DNA of 64,000 nucleotides from Basidiobolus meristosporus CBS 931.73 (GCA_002104905.1 MCFE01000112.1:62001-126000), one strand, 5' to 3'. Shown: positions 38,001 through 51,801, counted from the stretch's first letter. Notes: a model not told the origin generated them from the letters alone. Program-made: numbers and translations.

Positions 38001-38992
38001 CAAATATTACAGTGGCAGTTGAAATGGTCATTCAAGTTATGCAAAGTTATAGATCAGATCATATTACAGTAATTTAGCAGATTCTCAGATGTCTACTAGG
38101 CACCACAAGTATGGCATTGGGATACTTTGGGGCAGCTAATAGGCAAATCTTTGATGGATACTGTGATCAAGATTGGATTTTGGATCCAAACAACAGATGC
38201 TCATCCACTACATAAGTATTTCTTTGTGCTGGTTCAGCTATTATTTAGAATTGCATAGAAAAACTAACTGTGGCCCTATCTACAACTGCAGCTGAGTATG
38301 TGGTTGCGTGTCAAACAACTAAGGTGGCTGTATGGCTACAAGTGTTACTCAAAGATTTAGGTTTCAAATCCAATGTGGTAATGTGTATTTTAAAGGTAAT
38401 CAAAGTTGTATTTCATTAGAAAGAAATACTACTACTCAAGCCAGTACTAAGCACATATATATACAACACCACTCTGTGTGGGAAGCTGTAGAGAATAACT
38501 TGGTAGAGTTAGCTTACTGCACAACTGACAAAACCATGGCAGATATAGTACCAAAACCACTAGCAAGACCACAATTGGAAAATCTTACATATCAGGAATA
38601 ACAAAGCATGGAGTTGAAGGGGAATGTTAGAATCTTGGACCATTAAGTATCATTCAGCAGCTAAAGATCTACGTAACAGTTCATGACTAGTTCTAATCAC
38701 TGTAGAACTAACCTACTGCCCTCACATTGCCACTTTCTTGAAATGTATGATCCTTTGATTATTCCTCTATAGTCAAGACCAAATTGGCACCTTTCCAGAC
38801 ATTTTGTGCTATCTCTGAAACTGTTGAAGAATGCTCCTGAATATTGATAAACACTCCTGACTTGGTGTTCAGTTGTGTCACTTCTATTGAGGTACAATTA
38901 CTGAGCCTCTTTATGAGCAAATAACAGCTCAACTATTTTCTCTATGTCTTGATAAGTTCCTTGGATCCAAAATCACTTCTTAAATTGCCACA
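35010..38992 (+). mobile_element. Decayed two-LTR Ty1/copia element with internal deletions
   Basis: 5' LTR ends near 35381 before PBS-like GGTTGTTAGCCCC; gag RLDGTNYRLW, WYIEAGAS, WYRRLGH, RT and RNase H (STKHIYIQHH, MADIVPKPL); PPT GAAGGGGAA; 3' LTR 38625-38992. Left boundary approximate. Confidence 0.8.
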
Positions 38993-40890
38993 TTTGCTGC
39001 ACCACCATATAGAGATAAATGCACAGTGGCAGAGTGCTTACTGACTTTATATCTCTCCAACTAAAGTTAGTACAGTCATCAAATATTTGCCTATTTTCTG
39101 CTGCAGAGCACTTAAGTATTATATATCAAGTTGCTTGTTGTATTTAAGGGTTTGCTTAACTGCTGCAATTATATCAGATCCATAGTTAAGCGTCAATTGA
39201 CAAACAATTTTTACAGCTACCACAATATATGGACTTTGGGTACAATTGCATTCACTAGGTCAACAACTGTAGACTGATTGGCATACTTATGGTAAGAATA
39301 TGAGCCATTTTTAGGTAAATGAATGAAATTTGCTCTATTTGAGTTATTTTCCACAAGAGTTGATACAGGCTTGAGTTGTGCATACTGAAGCACTAAAGAA
39401 TATCCCTAATGCACTTAGAGAGATTGATCAAGAGTCCCTGTTAGTCTAAAACAAATAGGATCTCAATTCAAGAAAAGATGATCAAGTTCCCAAGATATTT
39501 TTCTTAAATTTGCAGAGAAGGTCTGATATAACTTGTTAGATTGCTTCCTGGTCACCTGTACTTATTATTTGGTTCCCCACATTGGGAACTAAGATGCTTA
39601 CCCTCTTCTTCAGTGGCTAATATATATTCCATTATCTAAGATTTCTGTAAAGATTTGTAATTTGCACTATGTAAATGTTGATCCAGCTGTACCATGCTTT
39701 GGTAACCTGCTTTAGCCAAAAAGTGATTTTCTTGGTCTGCACACATTATAGAAGCCTTCTGGAACTGTATACAATGTGGTTGCTCCATATATATAGGGTT
39801 GTCTGGATCTAGACTTTTTACAGCTACCAGGGTTAGAACTGCCCTGAAAGAGTCAAACTTGGCTACCAGAGCCAATGCTTCTTCAAAGACTGGCCTTCAA
39901 ATCTGGGGATAGCTTTTGGCCATCAATCTATCCTTGTGCTTTCCAGACATACCATTTGAGGCAGTCTTGTTCTTGCATACCATTCTACATCCTATTGGCA
40001 TTCAACTCATTGGGCAAAACTACTGGTTCCAACTCTTTGCCTTGATCAGTGATTGGTACTCATCCATTATGGTTAGTTGCCACATTGTTGCATCTGTACT
40101 TTACATTGCCTGACCCAGACTTAGATACTTGGCACCTTTTACAAGACAAGCTTTTTATACCAATTAGATGTTTGCCCTCATGATCAAGGGATATTTCTTT
40201 TTCTGATAGATCTTTTAACAGCAACAAAATGCTGTGTTCCAGAACTGATAGGACTCTCATCAGTATCTAGCTAGACTTTGTATTTATCTTTCTCATTTAT
40301 GCTATTCTTTCCCTTTTCTACTCTTTAGTACCAAACTTAAGCGTGTTTGGTCAAGGATATGGTAAAAAGCAATACCACCAGACTTCTTGAGATGCTGGAG
40401 GGTTTGTATTGTCCCATATATGCTTCAAACAAAGTAAAAGCATAAAAGACTGCTGTTTAGAGTCAATATGTGATGTGTACAGCAGTAGCAGTGAATGCAG
40501 CTCAAAGGTTGTAGTCCATAGCTCTATCATATAGCCTAGATTATTCCCTCTCCACTATTGTTCTATTGACATAATCTGCTCCACCATATTGATGTGTTGG
40601 ATGTCTATAGGCTGTCTGTTGTAGCATTCCAGTAGCATGGTGGTACTTTGCAAACTCTGTGGTGCAATAAGCATATCTATCCTGACTTTGTGGTGTCTTC
40701 AGTTTCCAAATGGCTTGTGTTTCACTATTCTTGGAGTGCTTGAGTGTTATAGTGCTGTGGCCTATATTTTCAAGATGTGTATTTGTGCATATCTTGTCTT
40801 GACATCCATGAGTGCCATGAACATCTCTTGACTCTAAAGAACAGAGTTGGCAAGGGTTCTCATATGTCTTCAAATGAAATGGCTGGAGCC

Positions 40891-41259
40891 TATTGGATTA
40901 TTGAGCTATTTAGTTTCATTCTGCAACTAAAAATATACTTAGCAATATGGCACTAGTCTTGGCCACTGTAGGACTAACTTACAGCCCTAACTTTACCACC
41001 TTCTGCAGATCTGTGATCCTATGATTATTACCCCACAATCAAAATCAAATTAGGACTTTTACCAATTATTATCAACCAACCGTGACATAGTTACAGAATG
41101 CTCCTGAATTTTGAGAAGCTCTCATTACTTAATGTTAAAGTTGTATTACTACTACAAAGGTTTAACTACTGAGCTTCTTTACAAGCAAACTAGAGTGCAA
41201 CTGTTATCACTACTTCCTGGCAAGTCCCTCATACCAAAATCACATCATAAATTGCAACA
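40891..41259 (+). mobile_element. Copia-family solo LTR at the same site as 19502-19869
   Basis: TATTGG...TGCAACA; both flanks homologous to those of the 19.5-kb copy. Confidence 0.72.
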
Positions 41260-41699
41260 GAATTGTGGAAGAGCTATTTCTTCTAGGGCTCTTGGAACCT
41301 TTTGAGCTTGTTTGTCATGTGAACATGCCTTACAAACATTTAATCCGAGTGGAATTGCATAATTGAGGGTCCTTAACAAGATGGTCCTTCTACAGCTGAT
41401 TCATTTTCAATTTCCCAATATGATCCAGTCTCCTGATTCCATTTCACAGCTATTTTCAGCCACTTCAGCAATGTTAATGCACTTAGATACAATACTCTAG
41501 CATTGTGGCTGGTAAATATTGTAATCAGTGCTGCCCAAAGCCAATTGTTGTCCAAATTCATGCAATGTTCAGCAGCTGTGCTTGGGCAAAACAAGTTGTA
41601 TTTAATGAGTAGTTGCTATATATACCAAGAGTAGGTCTTGGCAATTCCAGACACATTGAGTATGTTGGTGAGCTTTGGTATCTTAACCACAGAGGTATT

Positions 41700-42433
41700 A
41701 GACTTGTTCCGTTGGATAGTGCCACATTGAGCCATGAGTGCCAAATGATGCCATAGCATGCCAGAGAGGCCAAGTGAGCCTAAAATTGGCCACAGAGTGT
41801 GAGACATAGCTCTTCATCTTCATGCAGAGCAGCCCCTGTGTTTCACCCATTGTGCTGGAGAAAATCCATTTTTTGACCTTTTTTTTTGGATCAATGTAGT
41901 GCAGGATGTGTAAGAGCACAGAAGAATTGAAGACATGCACCTGGTACTCAATACCCATGGCACTCTGAATCTAGCTCCTGTAGCTTGTATCATGTCATAA
42001 AAATGAATGGCACTGTCTTGGTCCACTGGTACTATCTGACACTATAAGTGCTTTACATAGGTCTTACTTTAGGGCTAATATTTAAATATAGTGCCAGATA
42101 GTACCAGTGGACCAAGATAGTGCCATTCATTTTTGTGACATGATACAAGCTACAGGAGCTAAATTCAGAGTGCCATGTGTATTGAGTACCAGATGCATGT
42201 CATTGGTACTTCTGTCCTCTTACACATCATACACAACACTGATCCAAAAAAAAAGGTCAAAAAATGGATTTTCACCAACACAAAGGGTGAAACACAGGGG
42301 CTGCTTGTCATGAAGATGCAGAGCTATGTTTCATACTCTGGGGCCAAGTTTAGGTCTGCTATGCCTCTCTGGCACGCAATGGCACTATTTGGCACTCATG
42401 GCTCAATGTGGCACTATCCAACGGAACAAGTCT
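41700..42433. mobile_element. 734-bp fold-back MITE, inverted near-identical copy of 11371-12104
   Basis: Same TIRs and length; perfect 3-bp TSD ATT/ATT; only about 3 differences seen from the other copy. Confidence 0.93.
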
Positions 42434-43826
42434 ATTACCTTTAAAGTTATTTTGTGTCACTAGCAGTAGCTTTCATTGTAAAATTGTCTCTCAGGTAACC
42501 TTTCTTGTGAGGATAGTCTTCAAGTTACTGAACCACTCCTTATAGCATAGGTCTGATGCAAGGCACCATATTCAATTTACATTCTAAGCTACCACTTCTT
42601 GCACTCTCTGGCACTGCAACAAACAGCTGTTTTCTGCATTTACTTTGATTGCCTGATTCTTATTGCCCTCTCTGGCCTAGAATCCTGATTTCTTGCAGTA
42701 GTTACAATAATTAGTTTTTTTTCTGATTTTGCCTCTTTCCCTTTGTTTCCGTAGGCCCTCTCTGTTGAATAAGCAGCCACCCATGGTTTTCTCTGCCAAT
42801 TCATTACACCTGGCTTGTTCATGTCATAACCTCCCTAAATCATATTATTGTGTCAAGTTCTGCTTTCAGCCTTTTTACAAAAGTAGGAGAGGTTCAGCCT
42901 TATCTGGTAAGCTTCATAGTATACAGAGTGTTATTTCCTCATAATCAATACCACCATTGATAGTGTAAGGCTCCTCTGCAAGTGACACCTGTTTAGTTGT
43001 AAGTTTTTTCATATTATCATAATGTTCTTTCTCATGTTCAAGCAAAGCTTCCTTGAAACTGACTCTGATCAGAATATCTAATCTGGAGAAACCCTAATTG
43101 TTTTTGCTGAAATAAAAGCATGAACTTGACTAATAGACCTAGCAAAGTATAGGGATGATAGTTGATATTTTGTTTATTCATTAAGTGGCTTGTTGTTAAT
43201 ACCTTTGAAAGATTGATGTAAGTAAAATACTGAAATTGAAGTGCTTGCTGAAATCAGATTCAATCTGTGATGACTGCAAGGATAAGTCCAGCTTTTGAGA
43301 AGAATGCTAAAATTATCATGAATCTAACACTATAAGAGGATCATAGAATATAAGGCAGTGGCTAAGCTCTTGCTGTAAACTAATTCTGCAGCAGCTCAAA
43401 GAGCTGAAACTTGGCAGAAAGATAGTGGGCTGCCAAATTGTACCAAATAGTCCAACATTTGACCCTTTATGCTGCATATATGTAGGAAAACTGCAGGGCA
43501 AACATCCCTTTCCGCTCATATGTTTCTTGGACACTCTTTGAAGGTAACAGATAGCTGCTCATCCGTAGATACTTGGCCTACTTTCTTTGTGGACTGATTG
43601 ATATTTGCCTATTACTTCTTGTACTCCCTAGATTAGAATCCTGTATTCTTGCATTAGTTGCAATAGCAGAGCACTTGTTTGATATGGGTACATGCTGGGA
43701 ATTGTATTGCTTATGGCGGCACCATAACCAGTTATTCAAGCTAACTCAATCAATACATCACTATCCTGCCTGAGCTAATTGGCTAAAAGTATCAGCTAAT
43801 TGGTTACACAAAGACAACTGTACACT

Positions 43827-44195
43827 TGTTACAAATCATAGTTGTAAGAGTTGTAGATGAACAGAGAATATGGGTAGTATTCTATCCACTAAGACTTGAG
43901 CCAATTTTATTGAGGTTTCAGCATCTCCTTATGCACTCTTTGCTATATCTGTGGCTTACTAATCATCTATCCTAATATTGACTGTGACTGATGACTCATT
44001 GAATTGTATCATCAGCATTCAATGGGTTCAAACTTGATATAATTACTTTTAGCTTATTAGGATCTGCTGAATCTGCTGGTAACACGTGATACTGATCTGA
44101 TAGAAATACTGGTATACTAATAGGCTAACACTAATTACTACATAATTTGACTAATGATGGATTCAGCTTGCTCAAATAAGTTGCAGATCATAACA
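43827..44195 (-). mobile_element. Solo LTR of an older gypsy subfamily (369 bp)
   Basis: TGTTACAA...CATAACA termini; 4-bp flanks CACT/TACT; aligns with the 368-bp LTR of the intact element. Confidence 0.8.
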
Positions 44196-44796
44196 TACTG
44201 AAATAGAACCAAATTTTATTAGATGATGCTCATATTAGCAGCGGATGCCTTTTACATAATCTGTTAACTACAAGGCTAATATGCAGATTTTGTTGGCAGG
44301 AATGAAATTGTAGCTATAGGGTCATTAGAAGCAAGCAGTACATATCTGAGGAGATAAGCCAAAGAATGAAAACCTTATGTCTGGAACTCTTGGGCATTGG
44401 ACTCTGTACAAAAGTTTCAAACTTATAATTTTTTCTTTTAATGAAAGGTCTTTAGCTGAGATTTAGCCGGTGAGTTTTGGTATGTGCCTCAAATGCTTTT
44501 GACTTGGGAAACAACAATTGACTTGTCAAGTAGGTCTTGTATAATGACTAATAGGCCGTAACTTCTTTCATGTCATACAGCAACATATTCTAATAGTAGC
44601 TATATTGAAAGTTGACACTTTAAGGAGACTTGCATCTCATGCATTATTTATTTAGCATCCTGCTGGCCTTCATCAAAATATATCATCTCAGCAAAAGTAA
44701 TACAGGCTGGGCAAGTAGGATCAGTGTTTTGACTATTAGTCAATAAAAAGCAAGAAATACATTCTTAGGATGGCATAAATTAGTACATATTATAGA

Positions 44797-45546
44797 CAGC
44801 AGCAACCGCTGGCTATTAGAAAATTTAATCCAAGTATGAGACAGCTATCCTGTATCATCATTATATATATAGGAATGATTACAAGGTGATCACAAAGTAA
44901 TCAATATTTGTATATTGAGGCATGCTTCATTACGCACTGATTGAGCCAACAACTACTTGCTGTTTTCAATATCATATCTGTAGTTGAAACATATATCAGG
45001 ATACACCTACAGTCCAGAAGCAGCAGCTTTTGAGTGGGCACTATGTCAGCCATGCAAATGCATAGACATGCTTGCATCTGCACATTTCATAGCAGCAACT
45101 GTTGGCTGTCAGAACATTTCACTGATGTAAGAGATATTTGCATCTTGATTTTAGTTATGAGCAAGAATTGGCAGTTGCTCAATGCTCACACAACAGGCAA
45201 TATGAAATATAGAAATATGCTCTAATATACTTACTCACAGCAGCAAGTATTTGCTGTCACATTATCAGCGTGAGTAATAAAGGTATATGGTAGTTGTGCA
45301 AATGATCTGATTCCAGTAGCTGCTATGATATTGCAATGTCACTGATACATTGAAGTGCACCTACTTGTATTCATAGTTCACAGCAGTTACTGTTGGCTGT
45401 CAGAATCAATTAAAAATACTGATCAGCAATAAGGGCTACAGCTACTACTCTAATACTGTCATTCATGAAGAAGAATTCTGGAGTAGTACAGATGGACAAG
45501 TAAGGTTAAGTAGTCTATTTGACCACAGTTTCCCTTGCCATTAAAG
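44797..45546. repeat. Second copy of the 145-bp-period palindromic-core array
   Basis: Colinear with 32961-33700; the intact gypsy is inserted at its right edge. Confidence 0.7.
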
Positions 45547-45804
45547 TGTTATGATCTGCCGCTTGAATGTTTAAGTTAGATCAGTTTTTAGCCAAATCAG
45601 TTAGTATATGTTTAGGTTATCAGTACATCAGTATTATCTATGAAATCAGTAGCATTAGTCAGCAAATGAATCAGCAGATCCTTATCAGACAGAAATAGAT
45701 ATATTAAGTAGGATCTTATTGGGTGATGATGATGCAATCAAATGAGTCATCAGCCACAACCTACATTAGGAAATACAATTAGTCAGCAATTGATCTGGCA
45801 AAAT

Positions 45805-45840
45805 GTATATAAGGAGCTGCTGGAACCTCAATAAAAATCA
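45805..45840 (+). promoter_or_regulatory. TATA-like box and polyadenylation signal in the gypsy LTR
   Basis: GTATATAAGG followed about 20 bp later by AATAAA; conserved in the young LTR copies. Confidence 0.55.
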
Positions 45841-45914
45841 GTTCAAGTTTTAGTGAATACAATACTAGCTAAACTCCCTATTCCTCTACAACTCTTATAC
45901 CAAGACTTGTAACA

Positions 45915-45925
45915 TTGGTAGCAGC
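45915..45925 (+). promoter_or_regulatory. Primer binding site, probably the tRNA-iMet 3' end
   Basis: T-TGGTAGCAGC directly after the 5' LTR; TGGTAGC matches initiator tRNA 3' ends (the Ty1/Ty3 PBS is TGGTAGCGCC). Confidence 0.7.
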
Positions 45926-45972
45926 AATAACCAGAAACCTCCCTCCTGAAGAAAGAAGAAACCACCCTCAAG

Positions 45973-48900
45973 ATGTCGGACAATCAAGAATGGAAGAATG
46001 CCATGCAGCAAATCCTGACCCAACAGCAACAGCTACTCCAGATCCTCAGCCAACAGCAACAAGGAATGACTACCATGGCTCAGAGCCAGCAAAGCCCTGT
46101 CAAGAGCAACTTTAGTGTGAAGGTCAACCGGTACCATGGCAGAGTCAATGAAAACCTGGGAACTTGGCTCTTTCAGATTGAAGAAGCTTTTAAAGCTAAA
46201 GGAATTGCTCCAGAGAGCAAGTTGCATTATGCAGCTTCTTACCTGGCAGATGCAGCTTTACAGTGGTACCACAACAAGATCAGGTCAGCTACTATGATGG
46301 GATGCTCTACAATCTCTACCTGGGATGAGTTTGTGTCGGAAATTCAGGATGCTTTTGAGCCTCCACACCAGCAGACACTACTAAGAAGGAAGTTAAAGAC
46401 ACTCAGACAGAAAGGAATGGTGCAAGAATACATCTATGAGTACAGATGTCTACTTGGACAAATTGAAAGAATGGACCCCTTGGATCAAGTTGAATACTTT
46501 ATTGATGGGTTGAAAGAAAGAACTCGCAAGGAAGTCAATTACCGAAGACCTCAGACTATTGAAGAAGCCATCAAGATTGCCATTGACTATGACTCAGCTA
46601 TGTTTGGAGTTGGGAAGCCTACAGTGACTAGTCAGAAAGGCTATAATCATTATGAAAGAAGACAATCAGAAGCAGTACCAATGGAAATAGACGCTATGCA
46701 GAAGAATCCCTCCTCAGAAGAATGCAAGAAGAGAGGACTTTGCTTCAATTGCCACCAGCAGGGACATATTGCAAAGTACTGCCCTCAGAGAAGAAATGGA
46801 CACCAGCCAACAAGAACCTTCAACCATATTGAGTCCCATGAACACAGTAATGTGGAAGATGAGCTTGAAGAAGACTCGGAACTCACCTTCCATATGACAG
46901 AAGAGTACTTGTCCCAAATGACTTCAAACTCAGGGAAGTTATTGTACCTGAATGGAGCAATCAATGGAGTACCTGCCAAGATCATGATTGACTCAGGAGC
47001 ATCGCATGAGTACATGTCAGAGCAATTTGCTTTGAAAGCTGGAATCAACTCGGAACCTACCAAATCAACTTCAGTCTCCACAGCTGATGGGAACTCCCAC
47101 ATAATCAACCGTATTACCCAGCCAGTAAGAATGAAGATCAATGACTATGAAGAAGACCTACAGGCTTATATATTTGGGAACTGCAAGTTTGACCTTGTAC
47201 TTGGGAAAACCTGGCTATTTTGTCGTAATCCATCAATCAACTGGAGAACCCATGCTACTCAGATCCAAAAAGACAACAAGACCTATGAGCTATTACCTGC
47301 CAGGCTGGATTTCAACTTGGTCAATTCCAGTGTGTGTGAGACAAGTGAACTTAGCAAGACCCAGTTCTGTAGAGCACTTAGAAAAGGTACCCAGATGTTC
47401 CTCATGGCGGTATTACAGGAGGATTCCTCTATCCCAGCACCCCAGCAGGTCCAGACTCTCTTGAAGAAATATTCAGACGTGTTTCCAGATGAGCTTGTAA
47501 GCCTACCACCAGTCAGAGACGTGGATCATGCCATTGACACAGGAGATAGCCCTCCAGTGAGCAAGACACCTTACAGAATGAGTCCATTGGAATTGGAGGA
47601 AATGAAGAAACAAATTGATCAGCTATTGGAGCAAGGATACATCAGGCCCAGCAAGTCACCTTGGGGAGCACCAGTGCTTTTTGTGAAAAAGAAGGATGGA
47701 ACACTTAGGATGTGCATTGACTACAGAGCCCTGAACTCAGTTACCGTCAAGAATAAGTACCCCATACCTCGGATTGATGAGCTTTTGGACCAACTTAATG
47801 GAGCCACTATTTTCAGCAAGATCGACCTCATGTCAGGATACAACCAGATTAGGGTGAAACCAGAAGATATCCCTAAGACAGCATTCAGGACCAGATATGG
47901 ACATTACGAGTACTTAGTCATGAGTTTTGGCCTCACTAATGCCCCTGCAACATTCATGACGCTGATGCAGACTGTCTTTCAGGAGTACTTAGACAAGTTT
48001 GTGATAATCTACCTGGATGACATATTGATATACAGCAAGACAGAAAAGGATCACATGGTGCACATTGAAAAGGTCTTGAAGAAACTAAGAGAGAACAAGC
48101 TATACGGCAAGCTAGCCAAGTGTGAATTCTTCAAGGAACACGTAGAATATCTGGGACACATAGTGACTAGCACAGGAGTAACCTTAGACCCCAAGAAGGT
48201 GGAAGTAATCAAGAATTTGAAGCAGCCCCATAGCATATCAGAACTCAGATCCTTCCTTGGAATGGTTTCCTATTATCGGAGATTTGTCAAGTCATTTGCA
48301 AGTATTGCAGCCCCTTTAACTGATATCCTCAAGAAAGACAATACCTACAAGTGGGACATAGCTTGTGAGACTGCCTTCCAGACACTAAAGAATGAACTTG
48401 CTAAGCTGCCAAGCTTAAGAATACCAGACTTCAGAAAAGAGTTCACTCTGTGCACAGATGCTTCAGATTATGCAATTGGTGGAGTGCTGAGCCAAGAACA
48501 CGAGGGAAAGGACTACCCTGTTGCCTTTGAATCCAAGAAACTGAACTCAGCAGAACAAAACTATCCAGTTCATGAGAAGGAGATGCTTGCTATAATACAC
48601 TGTTTGAAGACATGGAGATGCTATATTGAAGGAGTCAAATGCACTGTGAAGACTGATCATGCCTCCCTCAAGTATATATTTACTCAGAAGGTACTCTCTA
48701 GAAGAATGACAAGATGGAGTGAATACATTCAGCAATTTGACCTGGAGATTGTCTACTGCCCTGGAAAAAACAACACGGTTGCTGATGCCTTATCAAGATT
48801 AGATCAAGTTGCACAACTCAACTTGGTGCATGAATCAGATTGGCCTAGCCTATTACCAAAGTACTTGGAGGACCAAGCCATTCCTAATGAGGTGGATGAA

Positions 48901-50106
48901 GATATCAAGAAGATAATCCGTGATGAGGCCAGCAAATTTGTTGTACAGAATGAAACACTCTACCGAATTGTTGATGGAAGCCCTATTGCCTATTGTCCTT
49001 ATGTTGCTCGCCTGGATTTAATACATAAGCTACACAATGGATATGGACATCTTGGGATTGAAGGAACCTATAGCCTTGTAAAAGCCAGAGCATGGTGGCC
49101 CAGAATGAAACAAGACATTGAGAAGCTAGTAAAAACATGCCCAAACTGCCAAATCAATCAAGGCCAGCCACAAAGAATTGCCAAACTCTTCCCTTTGGAG
49201 CCTGTAAGACCATTTGAGAGATGGGGAATTGACTTTATTGGAAGACTGCCAACTACCAGGAAATGCAACCGTTGGATCCTAGTAGCAATTGACCATGCCA
49301 CTAAATGGCCAGTTGCTAAAGCTGTACCAATAGCCAGTGAACAAGAAGTTGCAAGTTTCATTTACCATGAGATCCTGATGAAGTTTGGATGCCCTGTGGA
49401 GATCTTATCCGATAGAGGTGCAAACTTTATGGCAAAGACATTAGAGGCTTACCTGGAAATGCAGCAGATCAGACACTTGAAAACCTCGGCATATCACCCC
49501 AGAACTAATGGAGTCACTGAGCGGTTTAATGGATTATTTGGAAAAATGCTGACCAAGTATGCAAATGGAGTTGTCAGTAGATGGGATGAGTATATAGACC
49601 AAGCACTCTTTGCATGCAGAGTCAGAGTACACAACACCACCCAGCAATCACCATTTTACTTAGTTTATGGATGTGAACCAAGGATTCCAGGAGATCTCAC
49701 ACAACCAAAGCTTACAGACACCTTAGAAGATGAACTCAGTCAGCCAAGTAGACACCAGCAACTGGAACAAAGACGTCAAGAGGCACAGACCAAAGTATCT
49801 CAAAGTGCAGAAAAGATGAAGCAGAGATTTGATAAGACTATAGCACCAGAAGCATTGACAGTTGGGAACTTTGTATTGCTAAGAAACAACACTCGGAAGA
49901 AGTTTGAGCCACAATGGACAGGACCATTCAAGATCATCAGAGAATGTCCATTTGCAACTTACCAACTGGTGGACAAACAAGGCAATATCCGGGAAGACTT
50001 AGTGCATAGGGACAGACTCAAGCTTGCAAGACTTGCTGATAATACTGAACCATCAAGATATTGGTATCACAAGAAAAGAGATTCAGGAGAACCCTCTCAA
50101 CTTTAG
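45973..50106 (+). CDS. gag-pol: Gag-Pol polyprotein, 1,377 aa (capsid, CCHC knuckle, aspartic protease, RT, RNase H, integrase)
   Basis: [43 protein letters not shown]...CPNC, WGIDFIG, SDRG, NGVTER, WTGPF; no chromodomain or env. Confidence 0.97.
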   Translation: MSDNQEWKNAMQQILTQQQQLLQILSQQQQGMTTMAQSQQSPVKSNFSVKVNRYHGRVNENLGTWLFQIEEAFKAKGIAPESKLHYAASYLADAALQWYHNKIRSATMMGCSTISTWDEFVSEIQDAFEPPHQQTLLRRKLKTLRQKGMVQEYIYEYRCLLGQIERMDPLDQVEYFIDGLKERTRKEVNYRRPQTIEEAIKIAIDYDSAMFGVGKPTVTSQKGYNHYERRQSEAVPMEIDAMQKNPSSEECKKRGLCFNCHQQGHIAKYCPQRRNGHQPTRTFNHIESHEHSNVEDELEEDSELTFHMTEEYLSQMTSNSGKLLYLNGAINGVPAKIMIDSGASHEYMSEQFALKAGINSEPTKSTSVSTADGNSHIINRITQPVRMKINDYEEDLQAYIFGNCKFDLVLGKTWLFCRNPSINWRTHATQIQKDNKTYELLPARLDFNLVNSSVCETSELSKTQFCRALRKGTQMFLMAVLQEDSSIPAPQQVQTLLKKYSDVFPDELVSLPPVRDVDHAIDTGDSPPVSKTPYRMSPLELEEMKKQIDQLLEQGYIRPSKSPWGAPVLFVKKKDGTLRMCIDYRALNSVTVKNKYPIPRIDELLDQLNGATIFSKIDLMSGYNQIRVKPEDIPKTAFRTRYGHYEYLVMSFGLTNAPATFMTLMQTVFQEYLDKFVIIYLDDILIYSKTEKDHMVHIEKVLKKLRENKLYGKLAKCEFFKEHVEYLGHIVTSTGVTLDPKKVEVIKNLKQPHSISELRSFLGMVSYYRRFVKSFASIAAPLTDILKKDNTYKWDIACETAFQTLKNELAKLPSLRIPDFRKEFTLCTDASDYAIGGVLSQEHEGKDYPVAFESKKLNSAEQNYPVHEKEMLAIIHCLKTWRCYIEGVKCTVKTDHASLKYIFTQKVLSRRMTRWSEYIQQFDLEIVYCPGKNNTVADALSRLDQVAQLNLVHESDWPSLLPKYLEDQAIPNEVDEDIKKIIRDEASKFVVQNETLYRIVDGSPIAYCPYVARLDLIHKLHNGYGHLGIEGTYSLVKARAWWPRMKQDIEKLVKTCPNCQINQGQPQRIAKLFPLEPVRPFERWGIDFIGRLPTTRKCNRWILVAIDHATKWPVAKAVPIASEQEVASFIYHEILMKFGCPVEILSDRGANFMAKTLEAYLEMQQIRHLKTSAYHPRTNGVTERFNGLFGKMLTKYANGVVSRWDEYIDQALFACRVRVHNTTQQSPFYLVYGCEPRIPGDLTQPKLTDTLEDELSQPSRHQQLEQRRQEAQTKVSQSAEKMKQRFDKTIAPEALTVGNFVLLRNNTRKKFEPQWTGPFKIIRECPFATYQLVDKQGNIREDLVHRDRLKLARLADNTEPSRYWYHKKRDSGEPSQL

Positions 50107-50555
50107 TAGGGGAGAATGTTATGATCTGCCGCTTGAATGTTTAAGTTAGATCAGTTTTTAGCCAAATCAGTTAGTATATGTTTAGGTTATCAGTACATCA
50201 GTATTATCTATGAAATCAGTAGCATTAGTCAGCAAATGAATCAGCAGATCCTTATCAGACAGAAATAGATATATTAAGTAGGATCTTATTGGGTGATGAT
50301 GATGCAATCAAATGAGTCATCAGCCACAACCTACATTAGGAAATACAATTAGTCAGCAATTGATCTGGCAAAATGTATATAAGGAGCTGCTGGAACCTCA
50401 ATAAAAATCAGTTCAAGTTTTAGTGAATACAATACTAGCTAAACTCCCTATTCCTCTACAACTCTTATACCAAGACTTGTAACAAAAGTAGATGTTTGAG
50501 TGAGAAATAGATATTGAAACTGTAATAGTATTTTGTAAGTAACTGCATGTAGATA

Positions 50556-51797
50556 TGTGGTAATGGAAAGTATTCCATTACAACAATATCTCTAAACCAA
50601 TATTGCACTCATTTCTTTATTTTGCTTTTTGCTATCGTAACACACAAGAGAAAGATCAAGAATTTCCAACTTTGAAGAGCAAATGCTCCAGACCCTGACA
50701 AGCAATCCACCCAAGAATATTATGTCATACAGAACACGTAGTAGCCAACACATGTTTCAAATTACAGCTCATTTGAAGCAGTACTTAAGGAGTTATGACC
50801 AAAAGAGTCCAACTATTATATATACTATGCCTTATTGCTAGGATTACTATGGTGACTTTGATCGCGTGTAACTTTTGAACCAGCCAATCAAATCACGTGA
50901 AATTTTCACAGGTGCTGCGCCTATGTCCGATCTGCGCCACTGCAAAGTTTTAGCTTTGTATCACGTGTATTGCTTGCGCAATTGCCCAAAAACTTTGATC
51001 CTTCAAAATTTTCATATATATGACTTCCCCAGCTGAAAAATAAAGGAGAGCCTCTCTTTCCAGAATCTCCACACTACGATTACAAGTTTAAAGATTATAA
51101 GACTTCCCCTGCATCACTTGCACTGTTGAGTATTCTGACTTTGATCAGTACTACATCAGTAAAGAGACTGCAAAGCTCACAAGAATCCAATCTAAGTTCT
51201 ACAAGAAACTACCACTTTTCTGTCGGAAAAGTCCCCTCTAAGAAACCCCTTTACTCTAAAGACACCCCTTTAGACACCCCTTTAGTCTAAAGACCCCTTT
51301 AGAGACCCCTTTAAGAAACCCCTTTACTCTAAAGAAGCCCCTTTAGGCACCCCTTTAGTGTAAAGTCCACTTTAGAGACCACTACAAGAAGCCCCTTTAC
51401 TCTAAAGACACCCCTTTAGACACCCCTTTAGGTCTAAAGACCCCTTTAGATACTTCTACAACACACCACTTTAGGTTAAAGGGGAGTTCAGAATTTCCAT
51501 ATTAGGAAATATTTTCTCAGAAAGGAAAGTGACTTCCAAATAAGGAAAAGTTACTATAAAAGTAAATAAGCCCATTAGTCAACAGAAGGTCAGAACACTG
51601 CTGTAGAAGTGATAAACACTGCCTACAGTATATTTTGAGCCCAAGATTGAGGAAATTAGTGAAAGTTATATCTTCTATCGGTATATCAAACTCCCAATAA
51701 ACTATTTCAGTATTAACATACTGGAAGTTGTTGTATATTGTTGATTAGCCTCTACATTGTAGAACAAGCCCCAAACTAATCATAATACAACACAACA
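50556..51797 (+). mobile_element. Solo LTR (1,242 bp) with CCCCTTTA minisatellite; strand is relative
   Basis: TGTGGTA...CACAACA termini; perfect 4-bp TSD GATA/GATA; the flanks rejoin to match about 33720-33860. Confidence 0.87.
51233..51485 (-). repeat. CCCCTTTA / TAAAGGGG minisatellite
   Basis: Repeated GACACCCCTTTA-like units; reverse of 10205-10445. Confidence 0.9.
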
Positions 51798-51801
51798 GAT
51801 A

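Larger units (their letters stand above)
38993..43700 (-). mobile_element. Decayed minus-strand copia sequence paralogous to about 17570-20310, with nested LTR and MITE
   Basis: Colinear with the 17.6-20.0 kb region (VAKFDSFRAVLTL, integrase, same LTR insertion); protease-region fragments at 41400-41700; matches to 20100-20310 at 43250-43680. May comprise more than one copy. Confidence 0.65.
45547..50484 (+). mobile_element. Intact full-length Ty3/gypsy LTR retrotransposon, 4,938 bp
   Basis: 368-bp LTRs (45547-45914 and 50117-50484) identical by eye; 4-bp TSD AAAG; PBS TGGTAGCAG; PPT AGTAGGGGAGAA; single open gag-pol. Confidence 0.98.

Noticed and set aside
41698-42435. Tc1/mariner-type TA target duplication for the TIR family
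   Set aside because: TA appears at the junctions, but empty-site length at 63013 requires a 3-bp duplication, and the transposase is DDE_Tnp_4-type.
49850-50116. Chromodomain or env gene in the intact gypsy
   Set aside because: The ORF ends about 60 aa after the GPF motif without chromodomain residues, and the PPT follows at once.
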